Source: an uncultured Pedobacter sp.
GTDB lineage: Bacteria; Bacteroidota; Bacteroidia; Sphingobacteriales; Sphingobacteriaceae
Assembly: GCA_966210515.1 (NCBI GenBank)
Contig: CBIHLM010000003.1
Span: 14,215-78,214, forward strand
Length of the DNA: 64,000 bases
Direction of reading: 5' to 3'
Shown here: one piece after another, positions 9,835 through 18,842 of the stretch
Layout of the letters: every line of letters starts with the position of its first letter
Numbering within the stretch: position 1 is the stretch's first letter
The notes under the pieces: generated by a model
Seen by the model: only the letters and a program-made list of their open reading frames with translations
Database searches by the model: none
Told to the model about the DNA's origin: nothing
Program-made: the position numbers and the translations under genes

Positions 9835-10363
9835 AACTAACATATTTCCTTTCGTTGTGCATAACTTCTACAGCACCAGCTTCATTTAATAAATCGACGA
9901 TTTTATCAGGGTATGGATTTGACTTTGCATCAATTGCAATTATAAACCTGTCATTCGTAGCTCTTAGATCCATAACTCTTGGAGCACGTCCGGGGAAAAA
10001 ATGGTTAGCATAAAAGAAGCATGCCATCATTCCAAAGGATGCAAAAAGCACTGTAAGCTCAAAACAAATCGGAACAAAGTTCGGCATTGCGAACGCAGGC
10101 TTACCCCCGATATTCATTGGCCAGTCATAAACCAGCATATAATAAATCATAGAGAACCCGGTAAGTGTTCCGGTAATACCAAAGCAAAATGCTGCGATGG
10201 GTAAACGAGAACGCTTGTGGCCCAACTTCTGCTCAATACCATGAATAGGTATTGGAGTATAAGCATCGTAAATGCTTATATTATTTTCCTGTAACTTTTC
10301 GATCCCGTGCATCATATCATCAGGATCTTCAAAATGACCTAAAATATATTTCGTGTTGCTCAT
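9827..10363 (-). CDS. actD: Alternative complex III subunit D (DUF3341)
   Basis: YTPIPIHG and WPMNIGGKP..FELTVLFA patterns; located between actC and actE. Confidence 0.9.
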   Translation of the reverse strand: MSNTKYILGHFEDPDDMMHGIEKLQENNISIYDAYTPIPIHGIEQKLGHKRSRLPIAAFCFGITGTLTGFSMIYYMLVYDWPMNIGGKPAFAMPNFVPICFELTVLFASFGMMACFFYANHFFPGRAPRVMDLRATNDRFIIAIDAKSNPYPDKIVDLLNEAGAVEVMHNERKYVSYE

Positions 10364-10365
10364 TG

Positions 10366-11829
10366 TTAAACTTTTAGGTAGTCTACACTATCATATTTAT
10401 CCAAAGACTCCTGATAGAACTCAGCTTCTTCTTTCTTCACATGTCCTTCACGGATCTGTTTCTGCTTCACCTGATCACTCGCACTCTTAAGAATCAATTT
10501 TACCTCAGCTATCGCAATTGCAGGCAAAACCCGTAAGAACAATAAGAATAAAGTAAAGAAGAGTCCGATTGAGCCAAGGAATATACAAACATCAACTACC
10601 GAAGGATAAAACATTGCCCAACTTGAAGGCAGGTAATCGCGGTGAAGTGAAGTAACGATAATAACAAAACGCTCAAACCACATACCGATGTTAACTACAA
10701 TAGATAATATCCACGAAGCAACAATGCTGGTACGAATTTTCTTGAACCAGAAGAGCTGCGGAGATATAACGTTACAAGTCATCATACTCCAGTAAGCCCA
10801 CCAGTATGGCCCGCTTACTCGATTCAAAAACGCATATTGTTCGTATTCAACACCAGAATACCATGCTATGAATAATTCTGTCAAATAAGCAACACCTACA
10901 ATTGAACCTGTCACGATAATGATCTTGTTCATTGACTCAATATGGAACATTGTAATGTAGTTCTCAAAGTTCATTACTTTCCGTACAACCAATAATAAGG
11001 TTTGCACCATGGCGAAACCGGAGAAGATAGCTCCTGCAACGAAGTATGGAGGGAAAATTGTGGTGTGCCAACCCGGCTCCAATGAAGTCGCGAAGTCCAT
11101 AGATACAATAGTATGTACCGAAAGTACCAACGGAGTAGAAACCCCAGCTAGAATCAGGGAAACCGACTCAAAACGTTGCCAGTTTTTCACTGAACCGGCC
11201 CAACCGAAAGAAAGAATAGTATAAATTCTTTTACGGAAGCCACTTGCTCTGTCGCGGATAGTTGCAATATCAGGAAGTAATCCTGTATACCAGAATACTA
11301 ATGAGACAGAGAAATAAGTTGAGATCGCAAATACGTCCCATACTAATGGCGAGTTAAAGTTTACCCACAGCGAGCCAAACTGATTTGGAAGAGGTAAAGG
11401 CCAATATGCTAACCAGGGGCGTCCCATGTGTGATACAACATAAGTAGCCGCACAGATAACTGCAAATATGGTCATCGCCTCTGCAGAACGGTTGATAGAG
11501 TTACGCCAGTTCTGACGGAACAGCAAGAGTACTGCAGAAATAAGTGTTCCCGCGTGACCAATACCTACCCACCAAACGAAGCCAGTGATATCCCATGCCC
11601 AACCTACTGTTTTGTTTAATCCCCATGCACCAATACCTACCCAAAATGTATAACCTACTGATACAACCCACAGCAGAGCAAAAAGTGCCGCTACTGTAAA
11701 GCCTATCCACCAGGCTTTATTAGGTTTATTTTCAACGGGAACCAACACATCTTCGGTAATTTTTGAATACGTAATATTCTCACCCGTGATTAATGGCTCC
11801 CTTAATATTGATTCGTTATGTGCTGACAT
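10366..11829 (-). CDS. actC: Alternative complex III quinol-oxidizing subunit C (NrfD/PsrC family)
   Basis: WDITGFVWWVGIGHAGTLISA, HMGRPW and WHTTIFPPYFVAGAIFSG motifs. Confidence 0.95.
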   Translation of the reverse strand: MSAHNESILREPLITGENITYSKITEDVLVPVENKPNKAWWIGFTVAALFALLWVVSVGYTFWVGIGAWGLNKTVGWAWDITGFVWWVGIGHAGTLISAVLLLFRQNWRNSINRSAEAMTIFAVICAATYVVSHMGRPWLAYWPLPLPNQFGSLWVNFNSPLVWDVFAISTYFSVSLVFWYTGLLPDIATIRDRASGFRKRIYTILSFGWAGSVKNWQRFESVSLILAGVSTPLVLSVHTIVSMDFATSLEPGWHTTIFPPYFVAGAIFSGFAMVQTLLLVVRKVMNFENYITMFHIESMNKIIIVTGSIVGVAYLTELFIAWYSGVEYEQYAFLNRVSGPYWWAYWSMMTCNVISPQLFWFKKIRTSIVASWILSIVVNIGMWFERFVIIVTSLHRDYLPSSWAMFYPSVVDVCIFLGSIGLFFTLFLLFLRVLPAIAIAEVKLILKSASDQVKQKQIREGHVKKEEAEFYQESLDKYDSVDYLKV

Positions 11830-11857
11830 AATCTTGTAAACTCTTAATATTAATCAA

Positions 11858-14800
11858 TTAAGCTTGTGCTTCCGCTGTATTTCTAACTTTTGTTTGGTAA
11901 CCTATTCCCGGCTGAACGTTTAGTTCCTGCAACACATAATAAGTACGTTCGTTGCCCAATGCTTTACTTACTGCTGAGTTCGGATCGTTTTTATCACCGA
12001 ATATTATTGCATTTGTCGGGCAGGTTTGCTGACATGCTGTTTGGATCTCAAGATCCCTTAAAGGACGCTTTTCAATCTTAGCCTGCAGTCTTCCACCCTG
12101 GATACGTTGGATACACATAGTACATTTCTCCATTACCCCGCGAGAACGTGTCGTAACATCAGGATTCAATACTAATTGAGTAAACTCGTTATTCATGTAG
12201 TTATCGAAACGTGAATCGTTCCAATAGTTGAACCAGTTAAATCTACGTACTTTGTAAGGACAGTTGTTAGCACAGTAACGAGTACCAACACAACGGTTAT
12301 AAGCCATATGGTTTAATCCGTCTGATGAGTGCATGGTTGCGATAACAGGGCAAACTGTTTCGCATGGGGCGTGATCACAATGCTGACACAACATTGGCTG
12401 ATTAACAACCGTTACATCTTCAAGATTATTACGCTCTGCAAGCTCTCCAATCTCACCTTCTTCAGTTAGATTTTTTCCATCTTCCTGGAAACTGTAATAA
12501 CGATCTATACGAATCCAGTGCATATCACGACGACGGATAACCTCATCGCGGCCAACAACAGGAATATTATTTTCAACATTACAAGCTACCACACATGCTC
12601 CGCAACCAGTACAAGCATTTAAGTCGATAGCCATTACCCAGCTATGTCCTAATTGTCTGTGCTCAGGCCATAAATCATATGTTTTATGCTCCATTTCATG
12701 TTTTCCGGTTCCTGAGTACGGATCCTGAACATACTTGTCGAAAGTAGTTTCGCGAATAATATTACGCCCCTCGTAAGAGTGATGCGTTTGCGTTTGAGCA
12801 AGTTCATACTTCCCTCCTGCTGCTGTTACTTTAACCGACGCAGTTGTTTGTAATGAACCGTTTGCAAATTTCATGAAAGGGAAAGCATTCTTTCCTTTAC
12901 CATCACCTACTTTACCAACTTTCTCACGACCATAACCTACAGCAATAGAAACTGTACCCATCGCCTGACCCGGCTGGTAAAGAGCAGGAAGAACAACCGA
13001 ATAGCCGTTCTGAGCCTCAACCTTTAATAAATCGAATTCTACAACTTTTAACTCCTCTGCGTATTTAGGGTTAATGGCAACATAGTTATCCCAGGTTACT
13101 TTAGAAACCGGATCGGGCAATTCTTGTAACCAGGCATTGTTTGCATACTGTCCGCCGCGAATAGCTACAGACTCATATACAGTTAATTCGCTGGCACCTT
13201 CTCCGCCTTTTGCTAAGGCAGCAGCTGCGGCAAGAATAGCCTGAGACGAAGTATTTACATTAGCTGCAACAGACGCAGATGCTGAAACCGGAGCAGACCC
13301 CGCAGTGGTACTAACAACGCCTTTTTGTAAAAGCTCTTTCCAGGTAAGACCTGCAGAAGGAAGAAGATTAGTCTCCCAGTTATTTTTTACAAATTGATAA
13401 TAGTTCTTTATAGTGTTATCGGACCACAGAAGCAAACTTTGCTCTGCCTGACGCGTATTGAAAACAGGGTTAATAGTTGGCTGAACGATTGTATAATATC
13501 CTGCAACAGCATTTGAATCTCCCCACGTTTCTAAGAAATGAGGTACTGGTGCTACAACATTACATAAGGCTGCAGTTTCATCCGAGCGATCAGCAAAAGA
13601 CACTTTTAATTTTACCTTGCTTAAGCCCTCAGTAAAATCCTTAGAAAGAGCAGAGCTGTATGCAGGGTTGCTGTCCATAAAGAAAACAGCATCAACTTCA
13701 CCACGCTGCATTTCACCAATTAAGGCAATCAGGTCAGCATCGTTTCCTAAAAATTGATAGGAAGGATTTGCAATATCAATAGTGGTACCGTAACTACCCA
13801 ATAAAGTGTTGATACTGTTTACTATTGTTTGAGTGGCGATATCGTTTGATCCGCTTACTACCAAAGCTCTGCCCTTTGCAGCAAGTAACTCTTTAGAAAC
13901 TAAAGCTAATGCTGTTTCAGCTTTGGCACTGCTTAGTTTTTTAGTTGAACCTCCACCGCCAAGGGCTGCATATAAATTTAATAATGCAATTCCTTCTTCG
14001 GATGGTTTTAAAGCAACACGAACATCGGCGTTAGTACCGGTTAGGCTCATTCCTGCCTCAAATTGTACATGGCGAGACATCTTTTTATTTTTCAAAGATG
14101 CTATGTTACGGTTAACTATATACTGGCGGTTAAACTCAAGAGGAGAAATCCACGTTCCCAGAAAATCCGCACCAAAGCTTACGATCACATCAGCTTTGTC
14201 AAAATGATAATGAGGTAAAACGGCTCTTCCAAAACTCGCTTCGTTCGCCTTTAATATCCCGGTATATGAAACCGCATCAACTTGTATGTGTTTTGTGTTC
14301 GGATATTTCGAAACGAAATCTGCAATAACTCTTTGGGATGAAGGGCTGTTAATAGTAGAAGAAACAATTCTGATTTTCTTACCACCAGCCTGCACCTTGT
14401 TCAATTCGCCTCTTACAAAAGAATCGACGCTACTCCAGGAAGCATCATCTCCGTTTAATTTCGGGCCTTTAAGTTTAGAAACGTCATATAAATCAAGGAT
14501 CGACGCCTGAGTAACTGCATCTAAGCGACCTCCCCCAAGAATACAAGCTGGATTACCTTCTAATTTGATAGGGCGACCTTCGCGGGTTTTTACTAATATG
14601 CCATGGCCCTTGTAGCTTGAAACATAGTAATTCGCCACGCCGGGTGTTACCTCTTCCGGTTTAATTAAATAAGGAATTGATTTGTGTACAGGAGCCGGCT
14701 GACAAGCTGCAAGGGTAACGGCACCTAAACCAAAACCCATCGCTTTTAAAAAATCACGACGTGGAGTTGGAGTTTTCAAACCCGCTTCACTCAATAATTC

Positions 14801-14905
14801 TTCTATTGGTAATGACTCGGCAAATTCGCCTTTATTATTCTCCACAAATTCTGGAGTTGTTTTCAGCTCTTCTAAACCTTTCCAGTATTTTTTATTGCTT
14901 TCCAT
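11858..14905 (-). CDS. actB: Alternative complex III Fe-S subunit B (molybdopterin-oxidoreductase-like plus NrfC-like Fe-S domain)
   Basis: KKYWKGLEEL leader, Tat motif RRDFLK, EGRPIKLEGNP, and Cys clusters CTGCGACVVAC, CQHCDHAPCETVC, CVGTRYCANNC and CTMC..CQQTC. Confidence 0.96.
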   Translation of the reverse strand: MESNKKYWKGLEELKTTPEFVENNKGEFAESLPIEELLSEAGLKTPTPRRDFLKAMGFGLGAVTLAACQPAPVHKSIPYLIKPEEVTPGVANYYVSSYKGHGILVKTREGRPIKLEGNPACILGGGRLDAVTQASILDLYDVSKLKGPKLNGDDASWSSVDSFVRGELNKVQAGGKKIRIVSSTINSPSSQRVIADFVSKYPNTKHIQVDAVSYTGILKANEASFGRAVLPHYHFDKADVIVSFGADFLGTWISPLEFNRQYIVNRNIASLKNKKMSRHVQFEAGMSLTGTNADVRVALKPSEEGIALLNLYAALGGGGSTKKLSSAKAETALALVSKELLAAKGRALVVSGSNDIATQTIVNSINTLLGSYGTTIDIANPSYQFLGNDADLIALIGEMQRGEVDAVFFMDSNPAYSSALSKDFTEGLSKVKLKVSFADRSDETAALCNVVAPVPHFLETWGDSNAVAGYYTIVQPTINPVFNTRQAEQSLLLWSDNTIKNYYQFVKNNWETNLLPSAGLTWKELLQKGVVSTTAGSAPVSASASVAANVNTSSQAILAAAAALAKGGEGASELTVYESVAIRGGQYANNAWLQELPDPVSKVTWDNYVAINPKYAEELKVVEFDLLKVEAQNGYSVVLPALYQPGQAMGTVSIAVGYGREKVGKVGDGKGKNAFPFMKFANGSLQTTASVKVTAAGGKYELAQTQTHHSYEGRNIIRETTFDKYVQDPYSGTGKHEMEHKTYDLWPEHRQLGHSWVMAIDLNACTGCGACVVACNVENNIPVVGRDEVIRRRDMHWIRIDRYYSFQEDGKNLTEEGEIGELAERNNLEDVTVVNQPMLCQHCDHAPCETVCPVIATMHSSDGLNHMAYNRCVGTRYCANNCPYKVRRFNWFNYWNDSRFDNYMNNEFTQLVLNPDVTTRSRGVMEKCTMCIQRIQGGRLQAKIEKRPLRDLEIQTACQQTCPTNAIIFGDKNDPNSAVSKALGNERTYYVLQELNVQPGIGYQTKVRNTAEAQA

Positions 14906-14948
14906 TTAAGCTATATAAACTGTTGCGTAAGTTCTTTTTTCTAATTTA

Positions 14949-16304
14949 TTAATAGTGACATTTACCACATTCGATACCACCCAATAGAGCAGGTGTAATG
15001 TGCTGTCCTTTTTTCAACTGATCGTGAGCGGCAATAATCTTATCGTAGTAAGCATTTCCTTTAAAATTCACGTCTTTAGTCTTGTGACAGTTAATACACC
15101 ATTTCATTGTTAACGGAGAGTACTGATAAACCTCTTGCATTGTCTGAATCGGACCATGACATTCCTGACATTTAATACCAGCCACTTTTACGTGCTGAGA
15201 GTGATTGAAGTAAGCCAGATCCGGTAGGTTATGAATACGAACCCATTGAATCGGCTTCGGATCATCCCCATATGTTTTGGTATCCGGATCGTAATCTAAG
15301 GCCTTATAAATTTTAGCAATCTCAGGAGAAGTTTCGCCGTTGTATTTATCACTTGCCGTTACGTAATTGTGGCAGTTCATACAAACATTTAATGAAGGGA
15401 TTGTAGCATTTTTAGATTTGTACGCACCAAAGTGACAGTACTGACAATCAATTTTCAGGGTGCCTGCGTGTAATTGATGTGAGTACTTAATTGGCTGCTC
15501 TGGTTGATAGCCCTGGTGAACTCCTGTATTCCACATGGTCATCCATCCCAGCGAACCAAGGAAAATAATAATCAGGATTACAGTGAAACCAACAAACTTT
15601 TTGTTTTTTGCTAATCTTCTGAAACGGACTGCGGTACTTTCGCCGGCAACCTCTTCCTCAACAGCAATTCCTTGCTTTTGCATCAATAACCTCTCTAAGG
15701 TTTTGATTACGCGGTTTAAAACAAGGATGATGAATAATGCAACCAGAACTAAAACAATTAAACCTCCTAGAAGGTAATCGCTTACGCCCTCGTCAGCTTT
15801 AGCTTCACCTTCAGCACCTGTTGCCCCTGCAGCTCCTGCCGCCGGTTTATCGCCCTCTGCTTTGATATAAGCTAAGATATTAGTTATATCTGCATCAGAC
15901 AATTCAGGAAAAGGTGTCATCACGACTTTGTTATACTCGTTGAAAACCTTTACAGCTTCAGGATCACCAGAAGCAATTAAAGCCTGTGAATTTTTAATCC
16001 ACTTATTCAACCAGGCAGCGTCGCGCCGATCGGTTATCCCCTTTAAAGCGGGACCTACCACCGCACGTTCTAAACCGTGGCATGCAGTACATTTCTGCTT
16101 AAACAGTGCTCCACCAGCTGCAGCATCCCCCGAAGCAGCGGCAGCAGCAGGAACTTCGGCTGTGGCCGAACCTGCGGTACCTTGTACTGCTGTAGCATTT
16201 GTATCAGTGCTATTTTGCGCATAAGACTGAATACCAATACATAAGGAAGATACTAAGAATAATGATTTTGCAACACTTCTAAAAAACAATGAGATGCTCC
16301 TCAT
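14949..16304 (-). CDS. actA: Alternative complex III multiheme cytochrome c subunit A (1+5 hemes)
   Basis: Six CxxCH motifs (CTACH in the N-terminal domain; CQYCH, CMNCH, CQECH, CINCH, CGKCH). Start reassigned to ATG 16304, giving signal peptide SYA|Q. Confidence 0.95.
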   Translation of the reverse strand: MRSISLFFRSVAKSLFLVSSLCIGIQSYAQNSTDTNATAVQGTAGSATAEVPAAAAASGDAAAGGALFKQKCTACHGLERAVVGPALKGITDRRDAAWLNKWIKNSQALIASGDPEAVKVFNEYNKVVMTPFPELSDADITNILAYIKAEGDKPAAGAAGATGAEGEAKADEGVSDYLLGGLIVLVLVALFIILVLNRVIKTLERLLMQKQGIAVEEEVAGESTAVRFRRLAKNKKFVGFTVILIIIFLGSLGWMTMWNTGVHQGYQPEQPIKYSHQLHAGTLKIDCQYCHFGAYKSKNATIPSLNVCMNCHNYVTASDKYNGETSPEIAKIYKALDYDPDTKTYGDDPKPIQWVRIHNLPDLAYFNHSQHVKVAGIKCQECHGPIQTMQEVYQYSPLTMKWCINCHKTKDVNFKGNAYYDKIIAAHDQLKKGQHITPALLGGIECGKCHY

Positions 16305-16375
16305 ATTATATTTTACACTTAAAATTAGATATGTATTCGAAAGCTGAATGAGATTCCCCCAACATTTTCGGAGGA

Positions 16376-16383
16376 CAAAAGTA
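16376..16383 (-). promoter_or_regulatory. Candidate Bacteroidota -7 promoter box for the act-cta operon
   Basis: Minus strand TACTTTTG matches TAnnTTTG about 70 nt upstream of the actA ATG; no well-spaced -33 TTG found. Confidence 0.5.
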
Positions 16384-16450
16384 TAATTAATTAAGCGATG
16401 CATGACACTACAATGACCTATATTAACAATTTATAATCGTTCTAAATAAA

Positions 16451-16492
16451 TAAAAAAACGCCTCAAACATTTCAATTGAGGCGTTTTTATTT
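16451..16492 (-). terminator. Intrinsic terminator downstream of the DHS-like gene
   Basis: AAAAACGCCTCAA-N9-TTGAGGCGTTTTT, a 13-bp inverted repeat with A/T tails on both sides. Confidence 0.88.
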
Positions 16493-16551
16493 TGAAAAGA
16501 GAAATAGCTGTTTAAACAGATTTTGATTCTTGATTAAAATTTCCCTTCGAC

Positions 16552-16565
16552 ATGACAATTGTCAT
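16552..16565. promoter_or_regulatory. Perfect 14-bp palindrome, candidate transcription factor site
   Basis: ATGACAATTGTCAT (ATGAC-N4-GTCAT) in the DHS-actA intergenic region. Confidence 0.35.
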
Positions 16566-16590
16566 TGATTCCTAGTTAGTTTATTAGATA

Positions 16591-17565
16591 TTACTGTTTT
16601 AATATCCAGGCGAATATCAATGGGACAACTATGGTAGCATCCGACTCGACAATGAATTTAGGCGTGTGAATATCTAACTTTCCCCAGGTTATCTTCTCAT
16701 TGGGCACTGCGCCTGAATATGATCCATAAGAAGTAGTTGAATCAGAAATCTGGCAGAAATAGCTCCAGAAAGGTATTTCATGCATTTCTAAATCCTGATA
16801 TAGCATCGGAACTACACAAATAGGAAAATCGCCTGCAATACCTCCCCCTATTTGGAAAAAGCCAATTCCCTTACCGCTGCTATTCTTTTGATACCAATCA
16901 GCAAGCCACGTCATATATTCAATCCCGCTTTTCATTGTACTGGCTTTCAACTCTCCTTTAATAACATAAGAAGCAAATATATTTCCCATTGTACTGTCTT
17001 CCCAACCAGGCACAATAATCGGAAGGTTCTTCTCAGCAGCGGCGATCATCCAACTGTGCTCTACAGGAATTTCGTAATTCTCTTTCATTACGCCGCTTAA
17101 CAAAAGCTTATACATATACTCATGCGGAAAATATCGTTCACCACTATCCTCAGCATCTTTCCATAACTTATGAATATGCTTTTGAATTCTTCGGAAAGCT
17201 TCTTCTTCCGGAATACATGTGTCGGTCACACGATTGTATCCCTGCTCTAAAAGATCCCATTCTTCCTGCGGACTTAAATCACGATAGTTTGGAACACGCT
17301 TGTAATGCGAATGCGCCACAAGATTCATAATATCTTCTTCAAGATTAGCTCCCGTACAAGAAATAATAGCTACTTTATCCTGGCGTATCATCTCTGCCAA
17401 AGAAATGCCGAGTTCGGCTGTGCTCATCGCTCCTGCCAGAGTAATCATCATTTTACCACCTTCTTCTAAGTGAGTTTCATAACCTTTGGCTGCATCAATC
17501 AGGGCGGCTGCATTAAAGTGCCGGTAATTGTGTTCTATAAATTGAGATATAGGTCCTCTTTCCAT
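16591..17565 (-). CDS. Deoxyhypusine synthase-like protein (probable homospermidine/polyamine synthase)
   Basis: TLAGAMSTAELG, SCTGANLEED, GGGIAGDF and SYSGAVPNEKITWGK, with the catalytic Lys of WGK retained. Confidence 0.9.
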   Translation of the reverse strand: MERGPISQFIEHNYRHFNAAALIDAAKGYETHLEEGGKMMITLAGAMSTAELGISLAEMIRQDKVAIISCTGANLEEDIMNLVAHSHYKRVPNYRDLSPQEEWDLLEQGYNRVTDTCIPEEEAFRRIQKHIHKLWKDAEDSGERYFPHEYMYKLLLSGVMKENYEIPVEHSWMIAAAEKNLPIIVPGWEDSTMGNIFASYVIKGELKASTMKSGIEYMTWLADWYQKNSSGKGIGFFQIGGGIAGDFPICVVPMLYQDLEMHEIPFWSYFCQISDSTTSYGSYSGAVPNEKITWGKLDIHTPKFIVESDATIVVPLIFAWILKQ

Positions 17566-17694
17566 TGTAATTTTTTAATCGCTAAAAATACTATTTTTTG
17601 TTTTGGAGCTTAATTTACTTTTGCAAACATCGGTATTACTTAAAATCTACAGAGAATTGTTTTTCTTTTTTTAACAAGAGTTATCTTCGCAGCG

Positions 17695-18825
17695 ATGAAA
17701 AAGTTCTCTGTTCCGGTTATTCTCATTCTAAACCTCCTTATCACGCCTGCCTTTGGCCAAAGAAAAATACTAGAACGATTTTTCTCAGACGCGAACGACA
17801 CCACACGCAAAGGAAGATTTATAATTCTCCCGGCATTAGGTTATGCGCAAGAAACCGGCTTTGAGTACGGATTAGTTTCCTTAACCTCGTTTTATTCAAA
17901 TAAAGATTCAATTACCAGGAATTCGAGCATTCCCGGACTAATTGCTTTTACCACAAAAAAACAATCAATGCTTACTTTGAAACCGGATGTCTGGTCTAAA
18001 TATAACCGTTATCATTACGTTGGCGACTTAAGATATCGAAACTTCCCCTTTAAATTTTACGGTGTGGGAGCCAATACATTTGAAGCGGATGAACAACGAA
18101 TTACACAGAAACTGACAAGAGTAAGCATAGAGGCAGAGAAATTGATGCGAAGAGGTTCGTATACCGGCATTACGGCGAGTTATGAGAATCATAGATTTTA
18201 TAGCGAAGAACCCGGAGGTATTTATGAAACAAATTCTTTTATTCGCGACAAAGATGGTGGAGATGTACTTTTTGTCGGACTTTCTAAAATATTTGACGCA
18301 AGAAATTCGAATGTCTATACCACAAAAGGATCATACATTAAATTAAATTACGCCTACGCTCCTGATTTATTTGGCGGAGAGAACTTTTCGGGCAGTTCGG
18401 CAAAACTCGATTTCAGAACATTTAAAGGTTATAATATTAAAACTGTGCTTGGTTTTAACATGGCTTATCACACTATCCAGGGAAGCTCAATCCCCTTTTA
18501 TCTTTTACCCCAACTAGGAAACGATCAAATAATGCGCGGATATTATACCGGCCGGTATCGCGACAGAAATTTACTGGCAGCCCAATTAGAATTAAGATAT
18601 CGGGTAATTCCACGTTTAGGATTTGCAGGTTTCGCAGGAGCCGGATCCGTTTATAACTCACGGATTGATCTTGGGAATTTTAAACCAACTTATGGAGCTG
18701 GCCTACGGTATTTCTTTGATACGATAAGAGGACTAAGCTTAAGGATGGATTATGCATTTGGCGAGAAAAGAACCGGAGAAGAAAGGCAAAAAGGCTTTTA
18801 TTTAGCCTTTGGAGAGGCATTTTAA
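17695..18825 (+). CDS. BamA/TamA (Omp85) family outer-membrane beta-barrel without POTRA domains
   Basis: Signal peptide AFG|Q, MRGYYTGRYRDRN (L6 RGY motif), YGAGLRY, and a terminal Phe (GEAF). Confidence 0.82.
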   Translation: MKKFSVPVILILNLLITPAFGQRKILERFFSDANDTTRKGRFIILPALGYAQETGFEYGLVSLTSFYSNKDSITRNSSIPGLIAFTTKKQSMLTLKPDVWSKYNRYHYVGDLRYRNFPFKFYGVGANTFEADEQRITQKLTRVSIEAEKLMRRGSYTGITASYENHRFYSEEPGGIYETNSFIRDKDGGDVLFVGLSKIFDARNSNVYTTKGSYIKLNYAYAPDLFGGENFSGSSAKLDFRTFKGYNIKTVLGFNMAYHTIQGSSIPFYLLPQLGNDQIMRGYYTGRYRDRNLLAAQLELRYRVIPRLGFAGFAGAGSVYNSRIDLGNFKPTYGAGLRYFFDTIRGLSLRMDYAFGEKRTGEERQKGFYLAFGEAF

Positions 18826-18842
18826 ATTAGCCAGAACTATGC

